NCBI GenBank assembly: GCA_964016885.1
Contig: OZ024741.1
Coordinates: forward strand, 175,274,001-175,338,000
Direction of reading: 5' to 3'
DNA length: 64,000 bases
Origin: Eledone cirrhosa
Lineage: Eukaryota
Shown here: one piece after another, positions 1 to 15,015 of the stretch
Position numbering within the stretch: the stretch's first letter is position 1
Layout of the letters: each line of letters opens with the position of its first letter
Program-made: the position numbers and the translations under genes
Notes under the pieces: generated by a model
The model's input: only the letters and a program-made list of their open reading frames with translations
Database searches by the model: none
What the model was told of the DNA's origin: nothing

Positions 1-635
1 CATACCCTCCATCAGACACCTACCATACTCTGAACGCCTTGCTTCCCTGGGCATGGATTCATTGAAGCTCCGACGTCTGGCAATGGACTTGGTGAATACC
101 CACAAAGTTTTTAACCATCTCGTCAATTGCAACCCTGAGCGCCTCTTTGATCTCCATGTGTCTAACACACGTGGACATGCCTACAAGATCAGAAAACAGC
201 ACAGCTCCCATGACTTTCGTAGACATTTTTTCACGCTCAGAGTTGCTGAAGCATGGAACAAACTGCCTGCGTCAATTGTTAGCTGCCGAGACACTGCATC
301 CTTTAAGACACTCATGCTTCCCGAAATACGCCAAAACTACACCTGATGTACCCCTTCCATACACATGCACACATGTGTGTATCATGACTCGTGCACTGTT
401 CATTTTACTGATGTTTGTGCATTGCCCTATGTACTGTACATGCACTTTTTTGATGAGTTGTGGTGCACCTGGGCACTGTACACAATATTTCATTATTGTT
501 ATTATTATTATATCATGACTCATACACTGTTCATTTTCCTGACATTTGTACATTATTCTATGTACTATACATGCACCTTTGATGAGTTGTAGTGCACCCG
601 AGCACTGTACACAATAATTTCAGTGTTATTGTTAT
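1..635 (+). mobile_element. 3' end of a CR1-clade LINE (ORF2 C-terminus, 3'UTR, (ATT)n-like tail)
   Basis: Frame ending at 346 reads YSERLASLGMDSLKLRRLAMDL...TRGHAYKIRK...RRHFFTLRVAEAWNKLP...FK, the characteristic CR1 ORF2 C-terminal motifs. It is followed by a 3'UTR and tattattat tail. Confidence 0.85.
395..635 (+). repeat. Tandem duplication (~115 bp unit) of the CR1 3' terminus
   Basis: actgttcatttt...gatgagttgt(g/a)gtgcacc(t/c)g(g/a)gcactgtacacaata...gttatt occurs at ~395-510 and ~526-635. Confidence 0.85.
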
Positions 636-694
636 ATAGTTTTCTGGGTGTTCGTTTTGTAGTTTCCCGATAAACTATGAACACAATTAACTCT

Positions 695-2470
<1,776 letters not shown>

Positions 2471-4007
2471 TGCTCTCACAGTTAACTGTATATAACCTTA
2501 TTATATCTACCTATAGTATGATTTCTATGCACATTTATAAATCTGGTGTCCAAAGTAAACTTTAGTGTTTCCAAAAACTTAGTAAAGAGAAAGTTTAGAC
2601 TAAATATTCTTAACAATAGTTATTCCAATATACTAATACATAAAGATATAAAATAAAATCTATAAAAGGTACCATGATAAAACAACACCTTAACATAGTC
2701 GATTTCTAGATAGCAATATTGGTAATAAACATAAAATGTATTTCTAAAATCGAATGAATAGATCTTAAATAATTTTCTGAAGTAAAACATGACGTGAACT
2801 AGTCTTGAAGACAAAATATATATGACAACATAAAAATTGTCTGCATTATGTCTGTGTTTCCAAAGTATTATCATTAACTATGAGTGTTTTTATTCAACGT
2901 AGTGATTCTAGTTGTAAGACATAAAAAATTTATTGCCGAAATCACTCGACAGCAAATATAAAATAACAACAGCAGATCTATATGAATACACCTTAAAGAA
3001 AGTTGCAACACAAAACATATTATGTAACATTCTCTTGGTTATAAAATATTATTCATATATGACAATATCTGTCATGAAAAGACTGCCATCAAATTTTCCA
3101 TACATAAATAATGAGGCAAATAAACCTTAAATGCAAATGGGAATGTATTCTATACCACTGACAATGAAATCACAACATAGATACCACCATAGTTTCTAGC
3201 AGAATAAGCATTCGCTAATAAAGCACCAATTTACAGGAGAAACACAATACACGTTGATAGGAAAAACCTAGAAACATGCTTGTCCATTTTATTGGGAATC
3301 CTACACATAAAACAGCGGTTGCTAATTAATGTCCAAATACAACACTCAGATGAAATCATACACCACAAAACAACATGCTGAATATAGGCTGAAAAGTTTT
3401 CCTGAATGCTCGTACAATAACTGAAATATTTCTTTTTATTACAAAACTAAAGAGTAAGAAAGAGAATATAATTTACACCTGATACAAAACATGGTCATAA
3501 AATAACCAGAATCTATCATATTATTACATAGCTAAAGTGTAAGAAAAGAAATATGTTACGCCTTACACTAAACATGATCGTAAAATAATCAACATATTGT
3601 TTATAATAATTACCCAACCAAAGAGTATGGAAATACGTATTTTTAACATATATCTTTTATGAATGAGCTTGTGTATGGTCACTTTACCTGTTAGATATAG
3701 CAGCGAAATTTTTCTCAAATCATACCAAACCGCCTTAAAAATGGATGAGATATTATACAATGGATTCATAGATTTATAAAATAAAAAAAGTAACTGGATG
3801 GCCACCAGATGGAACACTTTTGATCATAGGTTTGCATGATCAGGGCTAACCTGGTGTTAAAAAGAAACCGTGGTTTCACGAACACCGACGAGAAGAAATA
3901 AAATCTTACATACTCAAACAACGACGTAAGAAAACATAAAATTTAACAAATGTAACATGTTGATGATTTACCTCTGATTGGCCACAAGATCTCAGATTTA
4001 TGAGTAT

Positions 4008-4193
4008 AATGGTTTCTTATATAGGCACAAGACCAGCAATTTTGAGGGAGGGGAAAGTCGATTAAATCGACCACAGTGCGATGTAAGGCAAAGTTAACCT
4101 CGGCGGTATTTGAACTCAGATCATAAAGGGCCGTAACTCTATGCTGCAAAGCACAAAGCATGACGCCCCACCCTCTACCGATACTGCCAATCC
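4008..4193 (-). mobile_element. tRNA-derived SINE, family A (internally deleted)
   Basis: Minus strand has A-box-like TGGCAGTATCGG and B-box GAGTTCAAAT, then ccgaggttaactttgcc and ...cttgtgcct tail, shared with at least 10 other copies in the window. Confidence 0.8.
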
Positions 4194-5393
4194 ATTATTT
4201 ATGAAAATAATAAAAAGAAAATTGTGACATTTATTCTTTGTACATAATGAGAAACTTTGGGGAAGAATAGTGATGGAACATAGAAAGATTAGAATCATCT
4301 TCAGGTATCATTTACTCTCAGTTCTACTTATACATCCAATCTATTTTAACTCTATCCAATTCTTGATATTATTTATCCATGTAATTTTTGATTTTTTCTC
4401 TTATCCACTTCCAACCCCTTTTGATTACTTTCAACAGTCTCTGTAAACCACTTTGCGTAATTAAATGGCCTATTTATTTTCGTTTTCTCTCTTTGATGGT
4501 ATCTAGTAGAATCGCGTTAGTTTTTACTCATTTTATTAATTCATTGGTTTTGTGTTCTGTCCTTGATATTCTCAAGTTCCACATATCAAGGACGCCTATA
4601 TATTCATATCCCCAAAGCTTCTAACCTATTTGATAATATTGTTGTTAATATCCATGTTCCAACCCCATAATATAGTAGAGTTTACAATACGCAATACTTT
4701 AATTACAATCTAAAACTCCGTCAGAATACAGGCATAGATATCCTTCTTTAATCCCTAACTAATAAAAGTTTTGCTTTAAAATTTATCCCTCAGATGATTG
4801 TTTCTGCCACAGGAGGAAACTCTCAATATAATAATTTGAAATGATATTAATGAATGACTGGATACAGATGATGTAGTTTTCTTCAAGTATTGCGTAAAGT
4901 GTAGGAACTAATGTGTTTTATTAGAAAGCTCCATCAATGCAAATGGAACATTAAATGTTACAAATAATACAAAGATATTGAAATGTTATCTTGGAATTGC
5001 TAAATAGTCCTTATCATTTTCGGGATAAAAAAGAAAAAAAATTGAGAAAACTAATTTGGAGCAGGATATTTTGTGTCATTCTTATATATCAATACACAGA
5101 TAAAGGTTATCCCAGTGGAATTCAACAAAGCTAGCCAGGGCTTTTACTTGGTAGCTGTAAGATTTAGTTAGCTATCATGTATTAAAACATGGATAATGAT
5201 GTTATCTTGGCTTGACATGGCGATGTGATATACCATCGGGATGGACTTATTTACTGACACTTCTATTTCTCAAAAGGATCAAGTTAAATGGCGTTTGTAT
5301 ATGAAATGTCAAATGAACACAAGTTACATTTAATGATATAATGCATGCTATAGCACTTGATGATATCGAGTCCTCTATTCCTTACACACACTT

Positions 5394-5455
<62 letters not shown>

Positions 5456-5519
5456 AAGTGTGTGTAAGGAATAGAGGACTTGATATCATCAAGTGCTATA
5501 GCATGCATTATATCATTAT

Positions 5520-5565
<46 letters not shown>

Positions 5566-7624
5566 TACGTATATGTGTACAGATACACACACACATGAAT
5601 TTACAATGGGGAGAATAACTTATTCAATACACATACTATTTTCTCCATTTATCCAGAACCGAAGCTCCCCAACTCCTTCGCTGATTCGAGTTTCACGTTT
5701 CCACTTTTAATAAAGAAATTCTAAAACGTCAGACTCACATGAATCAATGCTAGAAATAATAATAGCCAGCCCTCCTCAAAAGTAAGATGTTAGTATACTT
5801 CTATCATAAACTATGGCTGAAAAAAGAAAAAGAGATGGTAAGGGCAGGAAAGTATTTGATCATAATATCTGCTCAATCTAGATTGTTTGATGATATAAAG
5901 AACACCACCAACAACAGCACCATACTCTCATGTCAAAGTATTTTGTGGGAAATTTGGTTGACGAAAACGCTGTTTCATCTCGTTGTATCGACTGTTACTG
6001 TTTGTCGATGGATGGCTTAATCGCAGACATGCTTCACACCCACAGCATAACACTAGTTCAGGCCTCGCCGTAGATCATCACCTACTCGATAGAAAACATG
6101 AACTACCATCCCAATCTCCTTAACGAAACGTAATCCGTCGCCCGGTTTAACTCGAACACTTGGCCCTTGGGTGTCTTTAATAGAGTCTGCTGTGTTTCAA
6201 GCATTCGTACTAGGTCTTCAGTTTGAGGATAATTTCTTGAACCTGTCTCTAAGGCCTTGAGATGATTCAAGTAATTCGCCCCCTTCACATAAAATAACAA
6301 ACATAAAATAACACGCAAACACTCATAGTATAAAAGTCGAAATTGAATGAAACAATCATTCTGTTTGGTAAATGTTTACAAAAATAAAAGACAAAAAATG
6401 TAAAGATACATATCACCTTAGTTTACAGCTGATTACTTGGAAGAGTTTTAATATAAATCAATTCGCCTCGCCCATTCCCGTCGTAAAATTCTCAGATAAT
6501 AGAAACGAAACGAAGCTTTCGCTCATTAACGTGACAGAGTTTGCATTTCCTTTGCATTTAGTTGACACTTATGAACTTTATTTTCATTTGATCGATTGTA
6601 AAAGCAATTTTAAAAGCAGCAATTAAAGAAAACGAAAGAGACTTTCTTCCACGTACTTACACATAAGTCGCTAAAGTCACCAACAAATCAGTGGCAACTA
6701 GACGTGCGCTCCATATCTTTTTGGGTTGTTTTTGTTTTCTTTTTCTTTTTCTCTTTTAAAAAGCCATTTGCTAGTTATCGCTAATTGAGAAACCGAGACT
6801 AAATAAATCGACTATTTTTCCATCAGAATCTTTTACGAAGGGAAACTATGTTTCTGCCGACAATATTAAAGACAAACTCATTAAGTAATTTATGACTACG
6901 ATCACAAAAAACACTAGAACACATACAAAAGTTACAAAACAAACAATTACAACAAAATCCAAGCATCTTATCTGTTGAAACATTTAAAAGTTTCTCTGTA
7001 GGAAATTGCAGTTCAATGTAGCTGCAAGCACGACAGAGCGAAAGAAGTAAACAATTTAAGAAAACCGACACCACAGTTTCGATTCCAATTACCCATTAAC
7101 ACCATTTCATTTCACTCCCGTTTTCTAATATTTTTTGAAGGATTGCATAATCGTTACCATGTATTTTTTAATTTTTTTACAATAATCATTCAGCCAATCA
7201 AGTTTCCGCAACTGGTGCAGCCAGTTTTTGGGATGCCACTCTAGATGTTTTATTGTGTCTATCATGGCATTTCAATGGGCCTTAGAAATGCTTGGCGGTG
7301 CCCAGCTCCTCTCCAAGTTTAGCATTATTTCCGTCCTAATACCAACGAGCTGACAGCCAGTTATGATGTCAGATCCTGATGTAACTTCGAATATTTAGTT
7401 ACGGTACTTTATATTCTGAGTTCAAATCCCGGATGAGTTAAAGTAAAGTTTTATTGCTGTTTAACCCTAGATCAGTCATTGAGGAGCAAGCCTATGATCA
7501 TATGCTTTCAAGCCATGAGGATCTTGTTTTTTGTTCAAGCAGTGAGTGTTGTGGGCCACATTATTTGATGCGTCTTTCCTATTTTAAAACCCTAAGGTGT
7601 GATTGGAGGGAGATTTGGTTGCTA

Positions 7625-7840
7625 TATTAATCAACCCTTGTGCAACTAAATCGACGGAAATTGTTTGGAAGCCTGTCAGATGTACTGTGCTTGTAATTCA
7701 ACGTTCTAGCATTGTCACATACTGCCACGTTGAATATCTGGGAAATATGTCAAAGGTACACGTATCTATGGAATATTCAGTGAGCCTATTCTGCAGACCG
7801 GCCAACTTGAATAGTCATCGTCGAAACCCACGGTAACCAA
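7625..7840 (+). mobile_element. Old fragment of SINE family B body/tail
   Basis: Diverged similarity to the reverse complement of 24707-24900 (cttgtaattc...gtcaca...ggtacacgt..tatggaat...gtcatcgtcg.aacc). Confidence 0.5.
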
Positions 7841-9670
7841 TTTACTTATGTAGAGATGAATCTTTAACTCCTGATGAAGTCGTAGGGGTGCTCTAGTGAC
7901 ATACAACACATACAGTACTACTTGGTCATTTCTTCTTCTTGATCTTGATCTTGGTAGACTTTGAACTCAGAAGGCAGAAAGCCTGGACAATAGAGCAAGC
8001 ATTCAATTCAATGTTCTCACGACTCAGCCAGTTCGCCGCCTATATATTTACCTATATATTAAAAAAAGATTGTTTTTTGTTTAGAAACATTAGAAATAGA
8101 GGCTACAATTATTGTAACAGTATTTGAGCAAAAATAATATATTTGGAATATAATGTAGAGAAACATAGTAAACATTAAAAATATAGAACAACTGTATAGT
8201 GAAGCCTGGCTCCCTGATATGCAGCGCTTTAGACTAGTTTTACACGTGCATCCATTTCTGCCAAATAAAATATTTTCAACTGACAGTTTACCAAGCTGAT
8301 GGACCAAGTTCTTGACATCACTTGCTCTGATCATATTAAGAAAATTAAACAAGCCTACATTCGGCAACATACAGTCTAGGCCTAAACATGTTAAATCATG
8401 TAGCAACTCATAACACCACATGATGCCCCTCCACCAACTCCATTGCTTTGTATATTTTCACAACATTGCTATGCATCAAAGGAGTTTAGCAATTTATTGA
8501 TCACAAGAAATTATATATTTGATTTAATTATACAAATTTTTATAATTACATTTTTATGTGATCATTTAATGTTTAGTAATACACATTAAGCGGCTGTCTA
8601 GTTAGTCTAATTTTAATGCCTGTCCTAACTATATTATGACCACGGAGAGATAAAACCTGCAGTGTAACCACTTTATTTTTCACAACGAAGATAAAATTGC
8701 ATGTTTACAAAAAGTAGATATACCTGACGGCTATACATTTTAAACGAGATATTGTTTTCATTAACCAGAATAAATCTCGTTCTTTGATTTGATTGATAAA
8801 AACAAAAGATTGTACTTTTATGAAGGCAATTAATGCCTGTGATAAAATAATGGCCAAACAAACTATGAAAAAAAAAAAATATTCATAGTCTGTGGAAATT
8901 AACATTAATATTTGATTCCACAACGATAGGGATGTTAAATTTCAAAGAATAGAACTAAGGAATAGAACTCACAACTTAATCGCGATCAATGTGATAATAA
9001 CAAGGTTCTTTGAAAAATTATGTTTGACGTCATAAGAATGTTTTGAATTAACATTTGTTTATCACGTTTATAGAAAAAGAGATAATTTCAGTTTGATGAT
9101 ATTGATAATGCGCCGGAAATATTGAAAGAATTTTTATATATTTTTTTTGTTCCAAGATAAAAGATTTTCAAAACATGTAAACAAACACGAGTAAATTACC
9201 GCTGGCGCGGCCTGTTTTCACTTTTCTTTATAATTCACTCTGTAGGGAGGAAGGATGGTCAAATACCTTGACGACTGGTTGACAGTTATAGGTTGGTAAT
9301 AAAAATAATATAGTTAATATGAAGTAGAAGTCGAAGTCGAAGAGAATGATGGGTTCCTTTCATAAGTAGGAGGGCCGTCATATTGCTACATGAAAAAAGA
9401 AAAAATATTGTATTTGAGTTGTGTCCCACAGACGTTAAAAACTGCAACTTTATCTATAGGTAACGTGTATGAGTGAGTCATACAGAGGTCACCAGATATA
9501 GTAAGAGAATGTAGTTTAGGGATTGTAATGGATTTAGATATCTGTCATATACAGGTAGTAAAGATTTTGTGTGTCGGGTAAGTAGCTTAGGCCCAGGCTG
9601 GCCCTCATTGAGCTGACATATAAAGTTATTCCAAACGTAACAACTAGTATTTTTGTACGTTTCGAATAAC

Positions 9671-9705
9671 ACTAGCAGAATGGCCTGGCGTTGCTCGGGA
9701 TTTGC
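9671..9705 (-). mobile_element. Helitron 3'-end fragment (hairpin + CTAG)
   Basis: actagcagaatggcctggcgttgctcggg is nearly identical to 32323-32351. Confidence 0.6.
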
Positions 9706-9842
9706 TCTAGGGTTCTTATATATTTGATATATATTTATCCTTATCGAACCTCGTGAAATAAATACGTTTGTTTATATTTTGTTATTGTGTATGCAAAAAT
9801 ATCTGTACACGAATATATATATATATCTATATATATATATCA

Positions 9843-10268
<426 letters not shown>

Positions 10269-10274
10269 AAGGCG

Positions 10275-11622
10275 CATGACCACAACGCACATCGCCATAC
10301 GTCCATAAACTTTTTCCCCCGCGTTCCCTATGTCACCTTTTAACCTGTAACCCATCGTATTATTCGTTCCTGTATATTTTTGTCGCTCACAACTCCACCA
10401 CCACCACAAGACACAACTCCATTCCTCAACATCCATTAACTTCATCAACACCGCCAACACATACCTTCCCTCTCGAACCAACGCAAGTGTTGTGTCTGTG
10501 TGTAAGTATTTTTTTTATATATATGTATATGTATGTGTATATATATATATATATGTATATATATATGTGTGTATATATGTATGTATGTGTGTGTATGTGT
10601 ATGTTTATGTATACGTGTGTGTACATGTATGTGTGCATATCCGTATGTGTGTATGTATGTGTATGTCTATAGATACAACACCATCCCCATTGACTCTTAC
10701 CTTCCCTCTATCTTTGTTCTACGCCACCCCCACCGATACTCCCCCACTCTCTCTATATATACCCACACGTGCGCATGCACATGCATGTGTGTATATATGC
10801 ATATATATATATGTATATGTGTATCTATGTGGGCGCGTGTATGTGTGTATATACGTGTGTTCGTATGTATATATATCAGTATATATGCGCATGTATATAT
10901 ATATACAACCATGTATATATATATACATGTATTATATACACAACGTATTTGTCAGACTAAGAGTATCTAGGTATGTATCTCCCCATGGACTCGACACCAC
11001 CAACACATCCACCACACCACCACAAACGCCACTACCATAACCAACAACACCACAACCACACCCCACACACGCCAACCCGTGTACCGACAACCCACTACCA
11101 CCACACCACAGCCCATCCTAGTCAGCGACCGTCACCACCATCTTATCATCACATCCACCCCCACATACACTACAGGCCAAAGCCAACTCGCCACCACCAC
11201 ACCACAGCCCATCACAACCAATGACCGTCACCAACATCTCATCATCACAGCCACCCACATATACACTACAGGCCAATACATCCCCTTGATCCTTCCCACC
11301 AATCAAAACAACTCATATTGTCAAACTCTTGATCTTCTATCTTAACCACATAGCATGTATTTCATTTTCTTGTAGCATTTTAAAGGGTCCGTCGAGCTGC
11401 CGATCATTGAGTCGAGTAGGATCGATACAGATCGAACCTTGAGCTGATCAGTGGCGAAACGCGCGTCACCTACCAATAAATGTAATGAAGGAGTAATCAA
11501 TCGTCCTTGTTATCCTTTCAATATATTACACTCTGTATAGCTCTACATCTCATCACAGAAGTGAACCTAAACATCGAGTGCTCTCCCGGGTGAACTTGCA
11601 GTAACTCCAAGTTACACCCCCT

Positions 11623-11625
<3 letters not shown>
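10275..11625 (+). mobile_element. 5'-truncated 3' portion (3'UTR/pLTR) of PLE A, ending in (TA)n
   Basis: 10275-10670 is the reverse complement of ~11660-12045 (3'UTR of the element at 11660-14805). It carries an HHR-like motif at 11384 and ends at a (TA)n tract. Confidence 0.75.
11384..11472 (+). ncRNA. Degenerate type-I hammerhead ribozyme
   Basis: ggt|CCGTCGA (mutated CTGANGA)|long stem II gctgccgatca...tgatcagtggc|GAAAC GCGC GTC|acc. Confidence 0.5.
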
Positions 11626-11658
<33 letters not shown>

Positions 11659-11726
11659 TCACACGTATATATAGACACACGTATACATAAACATACACAT
11701 ACACACACATACATATATATACACAC

Positions 11727-11781
<55 letters not shown>

Positions 11782-12620
11782 TACATATACATATATATAA
11801 AAAAAATACTTACACACAGACACACACACTGGCGTTGGTTCGAGAGGGAAGGAATGTGTTGGCGGTGGTGATGAAGTTAATAGATGTTGAGGAATGGAGT
11901 TGTGTCTTGTGGTGGTGGTGGTGGAGTTGTGAGCGACAAAAATATACAGGATCTAATAATACGATGGGTTACAGGTTAAAAGGTGACATAGGGAACGCTG
12001 GGGAAAAAAGTTTATGGATGTATAGCGATGTGTGTTGTGGTCATGGTGGTAGTGGTGGTGCTGGGGTGATATGTTCAACAAAATGATTACCTGATCAGAT
12101 GTTACGGTGGGTTACAGGGTAAGGCAGACGGAGGGCGGATATAACACAGTCGATCTGGGAGTGAGGGATGATATGTGTTGATGATGTTAATGATTGTTGA
12201 AGTGTGTGGATGTATCTAATGGTGGCGGTGGTGGTGTGTGCGACAGTACATTTACAGGGTCGAATTTAGCGTGGGGTTGTAGGTTAGGGTAGACAGAGGG
12301 AACATGGGGGAATAAGGTTGCGGGTGTGGATGGTAGACATATGACGATGTGTGCTGTGGTGGTGGTGGCGATGGTGTGATTTGATCGACATTATATTTAC
12401 AGGATCAGATGTTACTATTGTTTGCAAGGTAAAACCTGACAGAGAGGAGAGATAGAACACAATGTTGCAAGGATGGGGGGTGTATGGAGATGTGATTTTT
12501 GGTGGGGGTGATGTATGCGGCATGATATACAAAATACGGGCTTACAAATAGTTATATGCAATACAATAAAATAAATTCACTGAGATGGGCGATGGTGAGA
12601 CGGGGCAGAGGTGGTTATTA

Positions 12621-13460
12621 TTATGGTGGGTCATAGTTAGTGTGCAGCCCTCCCCCGAATGTTTGTGCGGAAAATATGTTCAGCCTGGTGTGTCTGCAAT
12701 TAACAATTATGTCCGACCTATAGTTTATGGCAGATTTTAATTTAATTATTTCTGCCGCCTCAGCCTGGCATAACCTGCAGTGGTTTCTGTCACTGGGGAG
12801 TTGTGCCACGCGTCTTTTCACTGACCACGAGATCTGGGGTTCGATGTTTCTCTCCTTGAGGTCCCAGATCAAATCGGCCAGTCTGGTTTGGGATCGTTTC
12901 AGCCTATGTTTAAAGGAGCTTCTATGGTTATACCAGCACTCCTTAAACGTAGTGGATGTCGCACCTATATATGAGTACTCTTTATTGGAGGCTGTGACAC
13001 CACACCGGTAAACAATGTTTTTAACGAGACACTCCCCGTTTAGTGGGCATTCGGCCCGTTTTTTGCAGTTGCAGTTGGGTGTAGCCGGTGTGGTGGCACG
13101 TTGGCGTTTAGTGGCATGCGGTGTGGATCTGGTATGTAGGTTGTTGTGTTGTGTTGTGTGTGTGGTTTCGTTCTGGGTTGTGGTGGTGGTTTGTTGTGGG
13201 GCAACCATGTGTTTTCGTATTTTTGTCCTATTAGTGTGTGCTATTGTGTGGCCTAGATTTGGTGCTGTGGAGAAAGAGAATTTTACAGTATGTCTATTGA
13301 AGAGCTTGTGGTATTTATGTGTGCTTGGAAAAGATTCTCCGAGAGCCCCGAAGAAGGTTCCCGGTATATTGGTGGCGACGTGTGACAGGTCTACTTCGGG
13401 TTCTGAGGTGTTTAGTGAGGCTTTTGTGGTTGGGTGGTAGTTTGGGTGCGTTTTGGTCAA
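12621..13460 (-). CDS. PLE GIY-YIG endonuclease portion
   Basis: 279-aa ORF: FP..HKYHKLFNRHTVKFSFS, CNC..CPL..C, NIVY...YIGAT, HRSSF. Confidence 0.85.
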   Translation of the reverse strand: MTKTHPNYHPTTKASLNTSEPEVDLSHVATNIPGTFFGALGESFPSTHKYHKLFNRHTVKFSFSTAPNLGHTIAHTNRTKIRKHMVAPQQTTTTTQNETTHTTQHNNLHTRSTPHATKRQRATTPATPNCNCKKRAECPLNGECLVKNIVYRCGVTASNKEYSYIGATSTTFKECWYNHRSSFKHRLKRSQTRLADLIWDLKERNIEPQISWSVKRRVAQLPSDRNHCRLCQAEAAEIIKLKSAINYRSDIIVNCRHTRLNIFSAQTFGGGLHTNYDPP

Positions 13461-14757
13461 GCTTATGTGTCATAAGGGTTCCAAGTAATCTATTGGCGTT
13501 ATGTCTTTTGTCTCTATTGCTACGCAAACGTGTGCGATAGTCGGAGTCCTTATTGGGGTTGGAGAGTATGGCTTTATCTCCTTGACAGTTGTGTGTGACG
13601 CTGGCTGTCCTGCCGGCTACGGAGGGTCCTAGGTTATTATTTGTCCTAGGTGTGGTGACTTCTTCTATGTTCGTCTCTAAGGGTCCGGTTATGTTTAGCG
13701 GCGTTACGGTTCTATTTGGGCCGATGTAAGAAATCTTCTCAATGTAACCAGCGTTTACAAGTGCGGAGTTGTAGTATTCCGCGTGCTGTTTGAAGATGTT
13801 TCTATTAGCCGACAGGGTGGACACTCTATTGGAGACGCTTTTAACTATTGAGTTAATTATGCTCCTAGGGTGGTTGGAGTGTCTGCTGACGTATTTAAGA
13901 TTTTCATTAGGTTTGTGGTATGGACGGTAGAGGCCTGTGTCTAATTCTAGGGTGACATCTAAAAAGTTTACTGTCCTATTGTTAGGTTCAATTTCTACCG
14001 CTAATCCTTGGGTCTTAAAGATGTACCCAAGTCGTTTGTGTAGTCTATCTAATTGGCTATTATTGAGTCCACGGGTCATTAGTAGGGCATCGTCACGGTA
14101 TAAGCCACCGCCCAAGGAGGGGATCTCGTCTGTTAATATATTTAGGAGGTATATGCCTACTATATCTGTAACCTGTGCGGAGTCAGTCGATCCCATGGTA
14201 ATGTCGAAGCTATCCGGTCTATTCTGTCGCTCCCACAATCTACCGTCAAATTCTAGTAAAGTTTTCCTAGCTGTTAGTATGATTTCCACTTCCTTTCTAG
14301 TGAGGCTTGATCTGTTCATGGCTGAGATCAGTGCCTTGTTAAGGATGATTGGGGATATAGATGCGTAGTAGTTCGTAATGTCCAATTGGACTAATCGAAC
14401 ATTCGACTTAGTTTCAATGCCACAAAACCAGTCGATTACCTCCTTTGTACAAGACCATAGGTTGAGTTTAGTTCTATTTCTAAGTTCAGGTACAATTCGG
14501 TCAATGATTGATTTGCTAAGTCTACCTAGGTCAGATTTGAGCCTGACTGGTAGTTTTGACTGGAAGTCCGGTTTATGGTCTTTAATAGATAGTCCCGGTG
14601 TCCTAGGGTTGTAGGGATGAGTCCATTCGTCAATACTCAGTTCGGTCATTATTGTTTTCGCCTGTTTGTTTATGTGTGCTAGGTTTTCCCTTGTTGATGT
14701 TTTGTATATTTTAGCGATTTGGTTTGTAATGCATTTGTTGTAAGTTTTGTACGCCAA
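13315..14757 (-). CDS. PLE reverse transcriptase (frameshifted before the endonuclease)
   Basis: 480-aa ORF with PLE RT motifs including YRDD. Confidence 0.85.
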   Translation of the reverse strand: MAYKTYNKCITNQIAKIYKTSTRENLAHINKQAKTIMTELSIDEWTHPYNPRTPGLSIKDHKPDFQSKLPVRLKSDLGRLSKSIIDRIVPELRNRTKLNLWSCTKEVIDWFCGIETKSNVRLVQLDITNYYASISPIILNKALISAMNRSSLTRKEVEIILTARKTLLEFDGRLWERQNRPDSFDITMGSTDSAQVTDIVGIYLLNILTDEIPSLGGGLYRDDALLMTRGLNNSQLDRLHKRLGYIFKTQGLAVEIEPNNRTVNFLDVTLELDTGLYRPYHKPNENLKYVSRHSNHPRSIINSIVKSVSNRVSTLSANRNIFKQHAEYYNSALVNAGYIEKISYIGPNRTVTPLNITGPLETNIEEVTTPRTNNNLGPSVAGRTASVTHNCQGDKAILSNPNKDSDYRTRLRSNRDKRHNANRLLGTLMTHKLDQNAPKLPPNHKSLTKHLRTRSRPVTRRHQYTGNLLRGSRRIFSKHT

Positions 14758-14857
14758 ATTGTATAAGTTTCCTGTTTTATCGGGTGATCTTTTTTATCCT
14801 GATCATTTTTACAGTAGATGCGAGCCCAGACAGGAATGCACTTCTGTCAGAGTTCGC

Positions 14858-14897
<40 letters not shown>

Positions 14898-14971
14898 AAT
14901 GAAAAGTATAGAAATTGTTGTAGCGAGAAGCTAACAGTATTCCATAACATATAATGGCTCCGTTAATGTAT

Positions 14972-15015
<44 letters not shown>

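Larger units (their letters stand above)
3050..8450 (-). pseudogene. Possible heavily decayed multi-exon MFS transporter (oxalate:formate antiporter-like) pseudogene
   Basis: Colinear hydrophobic minus-strand segments: WWRGIM..LT.LG...N (~8440-8350), ..LIY|gt (~8050), ctaac..cttacag|LPSK..TKYPAPN (~5160-5050), NTYFHTLWL|gt (~3650-3612), tttcag|..GALLANAYSARNYGGIY (~3420-3150). Many stops and frameshifts; similarity judged by eye only. Confidence 0.25.
11660..14805 (-). mobile_element. Penelope-like element A, Hydra-type, 5'-truncated and frameshifted
   Basis: RT motifs DKT, LDITNYYASI, FDITMGSTDSAQ, GLYRDD, NFLDVTL, YRPYHKPN...Y...SNHP. C-terminal GIY-YIG with CNCKKRAECPLNGEC linker, IVY...YIG, CRLC and NCRH. 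Flanked by (TA)n. Confidence 0.9.

Noticed and set aside
6400-6800. CpG-containing stretch as a host promoter
   Set aside because: No linked gene start or diagnostic core promoter arrangement.
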